Shown here: positions 8,843 through 20,064 of the stretch, one piece after another
How positions within the stretch are numbered: position 1 is the stretch's first letter
Layout: each line of letters opens with the position of its first letter
Assembly (NCBI GenBank): GCA_964398185.1
Contig: CAYNML010000003.1
Span: forward strand, 16,303 to 80,302
From: an uncultured Anaerolineae bacterium
Lineage (GTDB): Bacteria > Chloroflexota > Anaerolineae > Fen-1058
Direction of reading: 5' to 3'
DNA length: 64,000 bases
Notes under the pieces: model-generated
Told to the model about the DNA's origin: nothing
What the model saw: only the letters and a program-made list of their open reading frames with translations
Database searches by the model: none
Position numbers and translations under genes: made by a program

Positions 8843-9796
8843 ATGCTGGATCTCGCCATCATCATCGTCAACTACAACGTCTGCGATCTGCTCCGCGAGT
8901 GCCTCACGTCCGTCTATGCCAGCACCGGCCTTGCCTTCGCGGTATGCGTCGTCGATAACGCTTCGCCCGATGACAGCGCCGCCATGGTGGCGCGCGAATT
9001 TCCGCAGGCGCACCTCATCCGCAACACGGAGAATATGGGCTACGCGGCAGCGAACAACCTGGGACTGCGCTATTTTGGATTTACCGATCGGGGATCAGAG
9101 ATCTGGTCTCAGGGATCGGACGCTGGCGATCAACCCCACATCCAACATCCGACCTCTAACATCCCCCGCTATGCGCTGCTCTTGAATCCTGATACAGTGG
9201 TGCCGCCCGACGCTTTGGCGCGAATGATCCAGCTCATGGACGATCATCCGGACTTTGGCGTGAGCGGCCCCAAGCTGGTGCGCCGCGACGGCTCGCTCGA
9301 TCTGGCCTGCCGGCGCGGCTTCCCCTCCGTGGAAGTCTCCTTTTGGCGTTTGACGAAATTGAGTAAAATATTCCCCCGCAGCCGGCGCTTCGGACGTTAC
9401 AACATGACCTACCTCGATCCCGATCAACCCGCGGAGATCGATTCCGTGGTGGGCGCATTCATGCTCGTACGGCGCGAGGCAATTGCGCAAGCGGGCCTGC
9501 TGGATGAGATCTTCTGGATGTATGGTGAAGACCTCGATTGGGCGTACCGCATCAAGCAGCGCGGCTGGAAAGTGTACTATTACCCGGCGGTCGTCGTCAC
9601 GCACGTCAAGCGCGCGTCCAGCAGCCAGGACAATGCGGGCGCGGCCAAAGCGCAGTACGAATTCGATCGCGCCATGTGGCTGTTCTATCGCAAGCACTAT
9701 CAGGCCAGCACGCCGCGTCTGGTCGATTGGCTGGTGAAGTTCGGACTGGGCTTGAAGGGCGGCGCGCCGCTGAAAGCTGAGATGAAGCAGAAGTAA
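8843..9796 (+). CDS. glycosyltransferase family 2
   Basis: GT-A fold motifs (IIVNYNVCDLL, VVDNASPDD, NMGYAAANNLG). Confidence 0.8.
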   Translation: MLDLAIIIVNYNVCDLLRECLTSVYASTGLAFAVCVVDNASPDDSAAMVAREFPQAHLIRNTENMGYAAANNLGLRYFGFTDRGSEIWSQGSDAGDQPHIQHPTSNIPRYALLLNPDTVVPPDALARMIQLMDDHPDFGVSGPKLVRRDGSLDLACRRGFPSVEVSFWRLTKLSKIFPRSRRFGRYNMTYLDPDQPAEIDSVVGAFMLVRREAIAQAGLLDEIFWMYGEDLDWAYRIKQRGWKVYYYPAVVVTHVKRASSSQDNAGAAKAQYEFDRAMWLFYRKHYQASTPRLVDWLVKFGLGLKGGAPLKAEMKQK

Positions 9797-11208
9797 TGAA
9801 GAATAGTCGTGTCCGCACGTTATCCACCCTCGCGTTGATCAGCGCCGACACGGTGCTGATCACTGTGGCGTTTCTCATCGCGTACGGCATCCGCTGGGAA
9901 TCGACGCAGCTCGACCCCGGCATCAAGCTGGCCCCGTTCGGCGACTATCTGGGTTTGTTGATCGTCCAGATCGTTGCGATTGTGACAGTGATGTTCTGGG
10001 CGCGGTTGTACCATCAGGCGCGCGCCGTCTCGCGCGTCGACGAGTTTTACGGCGTGTTCGGCGCGGTTTCGATTGGCATGATGATGTCCGTCGCCATCTC
10101 GACGCTGCTCTTCAAGAACCTGGAGTTCGACTTCCCCCGCACGCTCATCATCTATTCGTGGCTGCTGACCATCATCCTGGTCATGGTCGGGCGGCTGGTG
10201 TATCACGCCGTGCAGTGGCGCTTGCAGGCGCGCGGCATGGGCCGCGAAAAAGTGCTCATCGTCGGCACCGGCGACACCGGCAAACTGGTGCTGGAGAAGA
10301 TCAAAGGCTCGCCGCACCTGGGCTATGAGGTGATCGGTTTCGTGCACAAGAACGGCGAGACCGAACCGGACAACGTGCTGGGTGTCCCGGTGCTGGGCAA
10401 TGCCGAAGATCTGCCGCGCCTGATCGACGAACGGCAGATCGACGAAGTGATCATCGCGCTGCCGGAAGCGTCCGACGAAGAAATGCTGGGGCTGATCTCC
10501 AAATGCTCGAAGGCGTCACTCAGCATCAAGGTCTTCCCGGACGTGTTCCAGATCATCGCCACGCAGGTCACCATCGACGATCTGGGCGGGCTGCCGCTGT
10601 TGAGCGTGCGCGATGTGCGCCAACACGGCTGGCGGTTGACGGTGAAGCGCCTCATGGATGTGACGCTCAGCGCGATCGGACTGGTGCTGATCTCGCCGCT
10701 GCTGTTCATCACGGCCATCTTGATCAAACTCGAATCGCCCGGCCCGGCGTTCTACGTGCAGGAGCGCATGGGCCTGGATGCCAAGCCGTTCAAGATGATC
10801 AAACTGCGCTCCATGCGCCAGGACGCCGAAGCCAACGGCCCCGGCTGGACGGTGGAAAACGATCCGCGCCGCACCAAGCTGGGCACGTTTATCCGCAAGA
10901 CCAACGTAGACGAACTGCCGCAGTTGATCAATATTTTGATCGGCGATATGAGCCTGGTCGGGCCGCGTCCCGAGCGCCCGGTCTACGTCGAACAATTCCG
11001 CCGCACCATTCCGCGCTACATGGAGCGTCACAAAGAAAAAGCCGGCCTCACCGGCTGGGCGCAGGTCAACGGCCTGCGCGGCGATACCTCCATCAGCGAA
11101 CGGACCAAGTACGATCTGTGGTATATCGAAAATTGGTCGCTGCTGCTGGACATCAAGATTCTCATCCGCACGGCGCTGCGGATGTTTACCGACAAAAACG
11201 CGTACTAA
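9796..11208 (+). CDS. polyprenyl-phosphate sugar phosphotransferase (WbaP/WcaJ-type bacterial sugar transferase with N-terminal TM/Rossmann region)
   Basis: The C-terminal catalytic domain is conserved (KMIKLRSM, DELPQLINILIGDMSLVGPRPERP, GLTGWAQVNG). The start overlaps the GT2 stop (ATGA). Confidence 0.85.
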   Translation: MKNSRVRTLSTLALISADTVLITVAFLIAYGIRWESTQLDPGIKLAPFGDYLGLLIVQIVAIVTVMFWARLYHQARAVSRVDEFYGVFGAVSIGMMMSVAISTLLFKNLEFDFPRTLIIYSWLLTIILVMVGRLVYHAVQWRLQARGMGREKVLIVGTGDTGKLVLEKIKGSPHLGYEVIGFVHKNGETEPDNVLGVPVLGNAEDLPRLIDERQIDEVIIALPEASDEEMLGLISKCSKASLSIKVFPDVFQIIATQVTIDDLGGLPLLSVRDVRQHGWRLTVKRLMDVTLSAIGLVLISPLLFITAILIKLESPGPAFYVQERMGLDAKPFKMIKLRSMRQDAEANGPGWTVENDPRRTKLGTFIRKTNVDELPQLINILIGDMSLVGPRPERPVYVEQFRRTIPRYMERHKEKAGLTGWAQVNGLRGDTSISERTKYDLWYIENWSLLLDIKILIRTALRMFTDKNAY

Positions 11209-11242
11209 TTTCATCTCTAACGCATTTCTATTACCCCTATGC

Positions 11243-11272
11243 TTGACATGATTATAAAGCGTGGGTTATAAT
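11243..11272 (+). promoter_or_regulatory. sigma-A-type promoter of the hrcA operon (TTGACA, 17-nt spacer, TATAAT)
   Basis: TTGACA at 11243-11248 and TATAAT at 11267-11272 in an AT-rich tract, immediately upstream of CIRCE. Confidence 0.7.
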
Positions 11273-11286
11273 TTACACGTCATAAA

Positions 11287-11313
11287 TTAGCACTCTTGCC
11301 ACGAGAGTGCTAA
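11287..11313 (+). promoter_or_regulatory. CIRCE operator (TTAGCACTC-N9-GAGTGCTAA), the HrcA binding site
   Basis: perfect match to the CIRCE consensus, 18 nt upstream of the hrcA ATG. Confidence 0.9.
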
Positions 11314-11331
11314 TTACTTGACAGGAAAATT

Positions 11332-12387
11332 ATGGCTGAATTGACCTCTCGACAGCAATTGATTTTGGGGTTGGTCATTCGCGAGTACGTTGCCAGTGAG
11401 ACGGAAAACGAGGACGGCACGCGCCGCGTTCAGCCGGTGGGTTCCAAAGGACTGGTCGAGCGCTACAACCTGGACATCTCGCCTGCGACCATCCGCAATG
11501 AGCTGGCCAGGCTGGAAGAGCAAGGCTACCTCACTCACCCCCACACCTCGGCGGGGCGCATTCCCACGGATTCGGGCTATCGCTATTTCGTCGAAACGCT
11601 GATGGGTGATGTCGATCTGTCGGCGGAAGAGCAGCGCACCATCGTGCACCAGTTCCATCAGGCGCGCCTCGATCTGGATCAATGGATGAAGCTGGCCGCG
11701 TCGGTGCTGGCGCGCACCTCGGGCAGCGTATCCATCGTCACGCCGCCGCGCGCGGCGGAAGCACGGCTGAAGCACATTCAGTTGATCTCAACGCAGGGCC
11801 GCTTGGTGCTGTTGATCCTCGTGTTCATGGACGGCGCGGTGAAGCAGGAAATGTTGACGCTGGCCGATCCCTTGACGCAGCCCGATCTGGACATCGTCTC
11901 GACCAAGCTGAACGCGGCCTTCAACAACCGCACCGCGGCGGACATCAAATCACGCCGATCGGATCTCTCGGCCCTGGAGGCCGACGTGCTGGCGCGTGTG
12001 GTGGAGATCATGAGCCGCGCCGATCAGTGGGCGGCCGCCGATGTTTACCGCGATGGCTTGAGCGAGGTGCTGCGCAAGCCGGAATTTGAAGATCGCGAAT
12101 CAGCCGAAGGGCTGTTGAAGGTTTTTGAAGAACGATCGCTGCTGGAAGATGTGCTCAGCACCGCGCTGAATCCCGCCGTCAACGGCGTGCAGGTCGTCAT
12201 CGGCAGTGAAGGCCGGTGGGCCGAGCTGCACGATTGCAGCCTGGTACTGTCACGCTACGGCGTCGCGGATCGCGCTACCGGCGCGGTCGGCGTGGTCGGG
12301 CCGACGCGCATGCCGTACGGCCGGACCATTTCCGCTGTGCGCTACGTCTCAGTGCTGATGACCAATCTGATCTCGGATATTTTCTAG
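11332..12387 (+). CDS. hrcA: heat-inducible transcription repressor HrcA
   Basis: HrcA family similarity (N-terminal wHTH region RQQLILGLVIREYV); operon context with grpE-dnaK-dnaJ and CIRCE. Confidence 0.9.
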   Translation: MAELTSRQQLILGLVIREYVASETENEDGTRRVQPVGSKGLVERYNLDISPATIRNELARLEEQGYLTHPHTSAGRIPTDSGYRYFVETLMGDVDLSAEEQRTIVHQFHQARLDLDQWMKLAASVLARTSGSVSIVTPPRAAEARLKHIQLISTQGRLVLLILVFMDGAVKQEMLTLADPLTQPDLDIVSTKLNAAFNNRTAADIKSRRSDLSALEADVLARVVEIMSRADQWAAADVYRDGLSEVLRKPEFEDRESAEGLLKVFEERSLLEDVLSTALNPAVNGVQVVIGSEGRWAELHDCSLVLSRYGVADRATGAVGVVGPTRMPYGRTISAVRYVSVLMTNLISDIF

Positions 12388-12389
12388 CC

Positions 12390-13034
12390 ATGACCAAGAA
12401 AGCTAATCGCATCGCCAAACGCATTCACGTGAAGGATAAGAATCAAGTGAGCTCGCCGGCTGAAGTTGTCAACGAGACTGCAGAAATTCAGGCGCAAGCC
12501 GCACACCTCGCCGAACTTGAAAGCAAGGTGGCCGAGTTAGAAACTCAGGCCGCGGATTTGTCGGCGCAAGTTCAGGAAGCGCAAACTGAACGCGATCAAT
12601 TGAAAGCGCAGGCTGCCGAGAACCTGGACGGTTGGCAGCGCGCGCGCGCCGAATTCGCCAACTACAAGCGCCGCATCGAGGCGGAGCGAACCGAACTGAC
12701 GGCCAGCGCCGGCGCCGAAGCGTTAAAACGCGTGCTGCCCGCCGTGGACGACTTTGAGCGTGCGATGCAGACGCTGCCGGATGACCTGAAGGACAATCCG
12801 TGGGTCAACGGTGTGGCGATGGTGCAGCGCAAGTTGAATGCAGCACTGGAGCAGTCGGGCATTACACCGATCGCGATCACTCCCGGCGATCCCTTTGACC
12901 CCGCCGTGCACGAAGCGATCACGCACGAAGATTCCGATCACTTCGGCAGCGAGCAGATCATCGGCGAAGTACAGCGCGGGTACAAGATCGGCGATCGGGT
13001 GTTGCGCCCCGCGATGGTCAGGGTTGCGCGGTAG
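12390..13034 (+). CDS. grpE: nucleotide exchange factor GrpE
   Basis: GrpE coiled-coil plus C-terminal domain. The ATG at 12390 lies 2 nt after the hrcA stop. The longer ORF from 12216 was rejected. Confidence 0.9.
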   Translation: MTKKANRIAKRIHVKDKNQVSSPAEVVNETAEIQAQAAHLAELESKVAELETQAADLSAQVQEAQTERDQLKAQAAENLDGWQRARAEFANYKRRIEAERTELTASAGAEALKRVLPAVDDFERAMQTLPDDLKDNPWVNGVAMVQRKLNAALEQSGITPIAITPGDPFDPAVHEAITHEDSDHFGSEQIIGEVQRGYKIGDRVLRPAMVRVAR

Positions 13035-13117
13035 GGGGCGATCCGCATGTCGACCCGTTTCTGGGCGAACCGACAGATTCGTCCCAACAATTAGAATTCA
13101 TTCAACGGAGAAAAATC

Positions 13118-15025
<1,908 letters not shown>

Positions 15026-15032
15026 CGAAATG

Positions 15033-15114
15033 TTCAATGATCAATTTTCAATGATCAATGCGTGGTTCGCCCCATCGGTCATTGGTCGTTGATCATTGGT
15101 CATTGATCATTGAG
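15033..15114. repeat. long imperfect palindrome of TGATCAAT/ATTGATCA words in the dnaK-dnaJ spacer
   Basis: CAATGATCAATTTTCAATGATCAATG faces CATTGGTCGTTGATCATTGGTCATTGATCATTG; low GC; starts 8 nt after the dnaK stop. Confidence 0.65.
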
Positions 15115-15122
15115 AACTGTTC

Positions 15123-16277
15123 ATGGCAAGCAGCAAGCGCGATTACTATGAAGTGCTGGGGGTTTCCAAAGGTTCCGGCGCGGATGATATCAAGCGGGCC
15201 TACCGCAAACTGGCGCGGCAGTATCATCCCGACGTGAACAAGTCGCACGACGCCGAGGCGAAGTTCAAAGAACTGAACGAAGCATACGAGGTGCTGTCGG
15301 ACGACAATAAGCGCGCCGCTTACGATCGCTTCGGGCATGCGGCGGTTGACGGCAGCGGCATGGGCGCGGGCGCAGGCGGCTTTGGCGACTTTACCGGCTT
15401 TGGCGGCATGGGCGGCTTCGACGACATCCTCGACGGGTTGTTTGGTTTCGGCCGGCAGCGCTCGTCGGCGGCGCGGCGCACGCCCCGGCGTGGAGCCGAT
15501 CTGCGCTATGACATGACGATTACGTTCGAGGAGGCGGCGTTCGGCCTGGAGCGTGAGGTGGAAGTGGCGCGCTATGAACTATGCTCGCGCTGCGCGGGCA
15601 AGGGCGCCGAGCCGGGCACGACGCCCAAGCGGTGCAGCACGTGCAACGGTACCGGCGAAGTGCGGCATGTACAGCAGTCGATCCTAGGATCGCTGGTGAA
15701 CGTGACGACGTGCCCCACCTGCCGCGGTGAAGGCGAGACCATCTCGATGCCGTGCAGTCAATGCCGCGGCAACAAGAAGGTGCGCGTCACGCGGCGCTTG
15801 AACGTGAAGGTGCCGCCCGGCGTCGATACCGGCACGCAGATCCGCCTGGCGGGTGAAGGTGAGTTGGGCGAGTTTGGCGGCCCGTCCGGCAACTTGTACG
15901 TGGTGCTCAATGTCAAGCCGCATCAGTTTTTCCGCCGCCGTGAAGACGACGTGGTGATGGAGGTGCAGGTCAACGTGGCGCAGGCCGCGCTGGGCGATGA
16001 GATCGTGGTGCCGACACTGGACGGCGACGAGTCGATCAGCATTCCGGCGGGCACGCAGACCGGCCGCGTCATCTCGATTAAGGGCAAAGGCATTCCGCAT
16101 CTGCGGCGGCAGGGCCGTGGCGATCAGCTGGTGGTGGTGCAGGTCGCCATCCCGACGAATCTTTCCAGCGAACAGCGCCGCCTGATGCAGGAACTGGCCA
16201 AGACGCTGGGCAAGGAAGTGATTCCGCAAAGTGAGAAGGGGTTCATCGACAAGTTGAAGGATTTGTTTACGGTGTAG
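15123..16277 (+). CDS. dnaJ: molecular chaperone DnaJ
   Basis: J domain (YYEVLGV...HPD), G/F-rich linker and four CxxCxGxG zinc-finger repeats. Confidence 0.95.
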   Translation: MASSKRDYYEVLGVSKGSGADDIKRAYRKLARQYHPDVNKSHDAEAKFKELNEAYEVLSDDNKRAAYDRFGHAAVDGSGMGAGAGGFGDFTGFGGMGGFDDILDGLFGFGRQRSSAARRTPRRGADLRYDMTITFEEAAFGLEREVEVARYELCSRCAGKGAEPGTTPKRCSTCNGTGEVRHVQQSILGSLVNVTTCPTCRGEGETISMPCSQCRGNKKVRVTRRLNVKVPPGVDTGTQIRLAGEGELGEFGGPSGNLYVVLNVKPHQFFRRREDDVVMEVQVNVAQAALGDEIVVPTLDGDESISIPAGTQTGRVISIKGKGIPHLRRQGRGDQLVVVQVAIPTNLSSEQRRLMQELAKTLGKEVIPQSEKGFIDKLKDLFTV

Positions 16278-16293
16278 GGATCAGCTGATCAGG

Positions 16294-16325
16294 AACGCCG
16301 ATCGGACAGGATCGGCGTTTTTGTT
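16294..16325 (+). terminator. intrinsic terminator after dnaJ (AACGCCGATC-GGACAG-GATCGGCGTT + TTTTT)
   Basis: 10-bp stem, 6-nt loop, followed by a T-run. Confidence 0.7.
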
Positions 16326-16335
16326 GCGAGGCACA

Positions 16336-17283
16336 ATGTCCGTAAATCACCAATCAGAAATCCAAAATCCAAAGTCGAATCAGTGGCTTGAGGTCTGCGT
16401 CATGACCGAAGCCGAGACCGCCGAGGCTGTCTCGGAAGTGATGAGCCGCGCTGCGCCCAACGGCGTGGCGATCGAGCAGATTGCGCGCGATATTCAACTC
16501 GGCGCGGATGAAGGCGCGGCGGCGCAGCTGGAGCCGATCGTGGCGGTGCGCGCCTACCTGCCGCTGGAAGACGATGTTGAGACGAAGCGCCGCCAGATTG
16601 AAGAAGGACTGTGGCACTTAAGCCGCATTGTACATATGCCTGAGCCGACGTTCCGCGTGGTCGCCGAAAGCGATTGGGCCAATGCGTGGAAAGAGCACTA
16701 TCACGTGGTGCACCTGGGCGAGCGGTTTGTGATCAAGCCGACGTGGCGCGAGTACGCCGCACAGCCCGGCGAGATCGTGATGGAACTCGATCCGGGGATG
16801 GCGTTTGGCACGGGACTGCATCCGACGACGCAGATGTGCCTGGCGGCGCTTGAGAAGTACGCGCAGCCCGACATGCACACGCTCGATCTTGGCGCCGGCT
16901 CGGGCATCCTGGCGATTGGCGCGGCGCTGCTGGGCGTCAAGTCGATCGTGGGCATCGACAATGATCCGCTGGCGGTGAAGGTGGCCGCCGAGAACGCCGC
17001 ACTGAATCGCGTGGAGCAGCAGATCGCCGTCGAGTTGGGATCGCTGGAAGAGGCGGCCAGGCAAACTTACGACTTGATCATCGTCAACATTCTGGCGCGC
17101 GTGATCATCGGGATGTGCGAAGCCGGTCTGGGGCGCGTGGTCCGATCGGGCGGGCTGGCGATCTTCGCGGGGTTGATCGATACGCAGGAATACGGCGTGC
17201 GCGAGGCGTTGCAGACGCAGGGGCTGACGGTGATCGATCGGTTGCAGGAAAAAGACTGGGTGTGCTTGATCGCGAGGAAATGA
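16336..17283 (+). CDS. prmA: ribosomal protein L11 methyltransferase PrmA
   Basis: N-terminal W-E-V motif region and SAM-binding motif (LDLGAGSGILAIGA). The start was chosen after the dnaJ terminator; a TTG at 16321 would overlap the T-run. Confidence 0.8.
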   Translation: MSVNHQSEIQNPKSNQWLEVCVMTEAETAEAVSEVMSRAAPNGVAIEQIARDIQLGADEGAAAQLEPIVAVRAYLPLEDDVETKRRQIEEGLWHLSRIVHMPEPTFRVVAESDWANAWKEHYHVVHLGERFVIKPTWREYAAQPGEIVMELDPGMAFGTGLHPTTQMCLAALEKYAQPDMHTLDLGAGSGILAIGAALLGVKSIVGIDNDPLAVKVAAENAALNRVEQQIAVELGSLEEAARQTYDLIIVNILARVIIGMCEAGLGRVVRSGGLAIFAGLIDTQEYGVREALQTQGLTVIDRLQEKDWVCLIARK

Positions 17284-17343
17284 TCCACGAATCCCCACGA
17301 ATAATCACTTCGTGAAGATCGTGTGCATTCGTGGATCGCGGTT

Positions 17344-17616
17344 CTAGAACTCGGCCGCGGGCTGGCTGGGGCTGCGGAAGCGATAGGTGATGCGGCCCTT
17401 GGTCAGGTCGTAGGGCGACATCTCCACCTTGACGCGGTCGCCCAGCAGAATGCGAATGTAGTAGCGGCGCATCTTGCCCGACAGGTAGCCCATGACCGTG
17501 TGGCCGTTTTCCAGCTTGACGGTGAACATGGTGTTGGGCAGCGCCTCCACCACCACGCCTTCCACTTCCACCTTTTCTTCCTTCGCCTTCACAGTGCTGT
17601 CTTTGTGCTGCTTCAT
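17344..17616 (-). CDS. infA: translation initiation factor IF-1 with N- and C-terminal extensions
   Basis: Core [66 protein letters not shown] is a clear IF-1 S1-like fold. The ATG at 17616 has an AAGGAG SD. An in-frame GTG at 17592 would give a canonical-length product. Confidence 0.85.
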   Translation of the reverse strand: MKQHKDSTVKAKEEKVEVEGVVVEALPNTMFTVKLENGHTVMGYLSGKMRRYYIRILLGDRVKVEMSPYDLTKGRITYRFRSPSQPAAEF

Positions 17617-17639
17617 ACACGCTCCTTGTTTTTGCGCTC

Positions 17640-17672
17640 AAAAAGGGCGCAAGCCTGCACGGTCTTGCGCCC
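17640..17672 (-). terminator. intrinsic terminator-like hairpin (GGGCGCAAG-N10-CTTGCGCCC + UUUUU) 24 nt upstream of the infA start codon
   Basis: seen on the minus strand; could terminate the upstream S51-peptidase gene or act as a leader attenuator for infA. Confidence 0.6.
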
Positions 17673-17797
17673 TGTCAACAACGGATTACAAATCAGCGAG
17701 TGACGCGCGATAGCATCCGACCTTGTTTGCGAGAGTGGCCCCGTGCAACGCTCGTTAGTATACCCGATTGACCAACCCCGGTCAAATGACGATCATC

Positions 17798-19906
17798 CTA
17801 TTTTCGACGGCGACCGAGCACCAGCACGAGCACGAAGAAGACTACGGCGGCCCCGATCGTGATCGGCAGCACCGGCAGCACCTGGCCGGTGGAGGTTGTG
17901 CCGAAGGGCGGCGGCGTGGGCGTGGGCGTGGGTGACGGCGTGCTCGTGGGTGTGCCCGTGGGCGTGGGCGTGGCCGTGGCCGTGGCCGTGGGCAGCGGAG
18001 TCGGCGTGTGCGTCGGCGTGCCGGTGGGCGCCGGCGTGGGCGTGTGGGTAGGCAGCGCGGGCGTGGCGACAGGCGTCGGGACGACACGGGTATCTGCCAC
18101 GGCCGGGCGAACCGGATCGCCCGGCACGAAAACGTCCAGCAGGCCGTTGGCGATGACGAGACCGTTGTTGGTGCCCAGCTCCAGCACGGCGTTCCGCAGA
18201 TCGAGCGCAAAAACTACGTTCTCGCCCAGCGTCCGTGCGCCATCCCGTGTGATCTCCAGGGCGGTGTCTTGCGTCAGGCCAAAGGCGACCGCGGCCGGAT
18301 CGTTGTAGGCCAGCGAGAACAGCCGCCCCCAGCGATTGTCATTCAGCACCTGCGGCTCGACGGTGATGTCGAGCAGGCCCAGCCCTGCGACGAGGTTGGT
18401 CGTGCCCTGCAAGAACGATTTCTGCACGGCAAACTCGGCTTCGTCCGGGTCGGCGGGCGTGGGGCTGTGCGCCGAGTACGATCGGCCGACGACGGCCGCG
18501 CCGCCGTTGTCGGCCAGCAGCGGCAAGCCGTTGGCCCACGCGGTCTTGACGGCTTCCAATCGGCTGACTTCCACCTTCGATTGATCTTTGGCGATCAAGA
18601 GCAGGCCCGTTACATCGGCCGGGATGGTCAGCGCTTCATCCTGATCGAGGACGACGGCGATTTGCGAAGGTGCGCCCAGCGCGGCCGCATATTGGTCGGC
18701 CATGACCTGCGCCGAACTTTGTGAAGGGAAGCCAGCGGCCACGATCAAGATTTTGGCTTGGTCGCCGCCGGCCAGCTTGACAAAGCGCTTGAAGATGGCG
18801 TTGTCGTCCAGCGACTCGCTGAGATCGCCGGCCAGGATCAGCGGCCCGGCGCGGCGGGGCAGGGTCAACGCCCGGAAGTCGCGCGCGATTCTGGTGCGGG
18901 GCGGCTGGGCCTTGTTTCCGATCGACATCACGCGCTTATCCAGATCATACGTGAACTGGCCGGGCGCCAACAACTGCACCAGCACGTTGCGCAGGCGCAG
19001 TAGATTGTTTGGCGACGAGTACGTCACGCCGTCGGCCGCGTGGTACGTTTCTGCATCGAGAATGGTGGTGGTGTACAGACCAAAGACGTCCTGCAGTTGG
19101 GTCTCGTCGTAGACATTGACGCCGGTGTAGGCGTCGACGCCGATGCCGACGTGCGGCACATCGGCGCGCGTGACGGCATTAAGCAGGCGGCCCAACCGGT
19201 TGAGCTGGAAAAAGTGTTGATCGAGAATGGCATCCTTGATCGAAAAGAGCAGGCCGTGTTGTTCGGGTGTGTTCCACACTTCGCTGGCCTTGAATTGCAG
19301 GGAGTTGGCGGCCTCAAAGCCCGGCCTGTAGCCGGCCAGCATGGCCGCCGATTGGATGCCGCCGCCGCCGCTGGTGCCCGCCACGATAACGCCGTTTTCG
19401 TACGAGGTGGTCAGCGCCTGCTCCAGCGGCGTGCCGCTCAAGACTTCCATGGCCACCGTTTGATCGCCGCCCAGCACAAAGATGGCGGACAGATCGTTGG
19501 CGAAGTATTTCAGCGACTTGGGATCAGCCGCGTCGCTGCGGGTGAAGATGGGCGCCAGGGTGGCGGTGCAGGTGTAGTCTGCCGGGGCGGCGCGCTTGCA
19601 GGCTTCTTCAATCTGGAAACGGCGCTCTTCGGCGGCGCTCAAATAGGCGGCGCGCTCAGCGCCGCTGATGGTTTGGGCGTTGGCGGCGGACGCCACCGGC
19701 AGCACCAGAATGTTGACCTGTTTGTCTTTGGCGTTGGCCACGGCTTCTTTGGAGAAGCCGGCATAGATATCGGAGTAACCACCGCCGATGGGGATGAGGT
19801 GCTCGATCGGTTGGGGTTGGGCCGCCGTGGGCAGCCCGCTGACGAACACGCCAAGGATGATCACTACAATCGCCAGGAGTCGCAACAATCGATAGGATCG
19901 GGACAT
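17798..19906 (-). CDS. secreted, membrane-anchored protein with two peptidase S51 (cyanophycinase/dipeptidase E-like) domains, a PT-rich linker and a C-terminal TM + RRRK tail
   Basis: Signal-peptide-like N-terminus after the ATG at 19906 (GAGG SD). Two class-I glutamine-amidotransferase-like S51 repeats (VLPVASA...GTSGGGG; ILIVAAGFPSQ...). C-terminal PTPTPT linker and hydrophobic anchor. Confidence 0.6.
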   Translation of the reverse strand: MSRSYRLLRLLAIVVIILGVFVSGLPTAAQPQPIEHLIPIGGGYSDIYAGFSKEAVANAKDKQVNILVLPVASAANAQTISGAERAAYLSAAEERRFQIEEACKRAAPADYTCTATLAPIFTRSDAADPKSLKYFANDLSAIFVLGGDQTVAMEVLSGTPLEQALTTSYENGVIVAGTSGGGGIQSAAMLAGYRPGFEAANSLQFKASEVWNTPEQHGLLFSIKDAILDQHFFQLNRLGRLLNAVTRADVPHVGIGVDAYTGVNVYDETQLQDVFGLYTTTILDAETYHAADGVTYSSPNNLLRLRNVLVQLLAPGQFTYDLDKRVMSIGNKAQPPRTRIARDFRALTLPRRAGPLILAGDLSESLDDNAIFKRFVKLAGGDQAKILIVAAGFPSQSSAQVMADQYAAALGAPSQIAVVLDQDEALTIPADVTGLLLIAKDQSKVEVSRLEAVKTAWANGLPLLADNGGAAVVGRSYSAHSPTPADPDEAEFAVQKSFLQGTTNLVAGLGLLDITVEPQVLNDNRWGRLFSLAYNDPAAVAFGLTQDTALEITRDGARTLGENVVFALDLRNAVLELGTNNGLVIANGLLDVFVPGDPVRPAVADTRVVPTPVATPALPTHTPTPAPTGTPTHTPTPLPTATATATPTPTGTPTSTPSPTPTPTPPPFGTTSTGQVLPVLPITIGAAVVFFVLVLVLGRRRK
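17885..18075. repeat. low-complexity GGCGTGGGCGTG-type DNA repeats encoding the Pro/Thr linker
   Basis: direct inspection. Confidence 0.6.
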
Positions 19907-20064
19907 GAGAGGGCCTCGCGCACGGAGACAGTCTAATCGAAAGTGGCTGTTTGTCAATTGCCAGTAGTTTGACGAAACCAACTTCATCGGGTACAACCAA
20001 CGTGCGCCCGCACTCGATCGGCTTGCCGCCGGTAGAGTGCGAGTTTTTGTGTGAGGAGTGCCGC

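Noticed and set aside
10516-11214. 232-aa minus-strand ORF and other long overlapping ORFs (e.g. 16618..17298, 18008..18724, 19040..19936, 20284..20847, 20910..21599, 22698..23477, 23537..24610, 27435..28316, 36346..37146, 45998..47014, 54447..55337, 3493..4068)
   Set aside because: All overlap better-supported CDSs on the opposite strand or in another frame and show the Arg/Ala/Gly/His-rich composition of high-GC alternative frames.
12216-12389. N-terminal extension of grpE (ORF from 12216)
   Set aside because: It would overlap hrcA by 170 nt. The GrpE homology starts at MTKKANR (12390), 2 nt after the hrcA stop.
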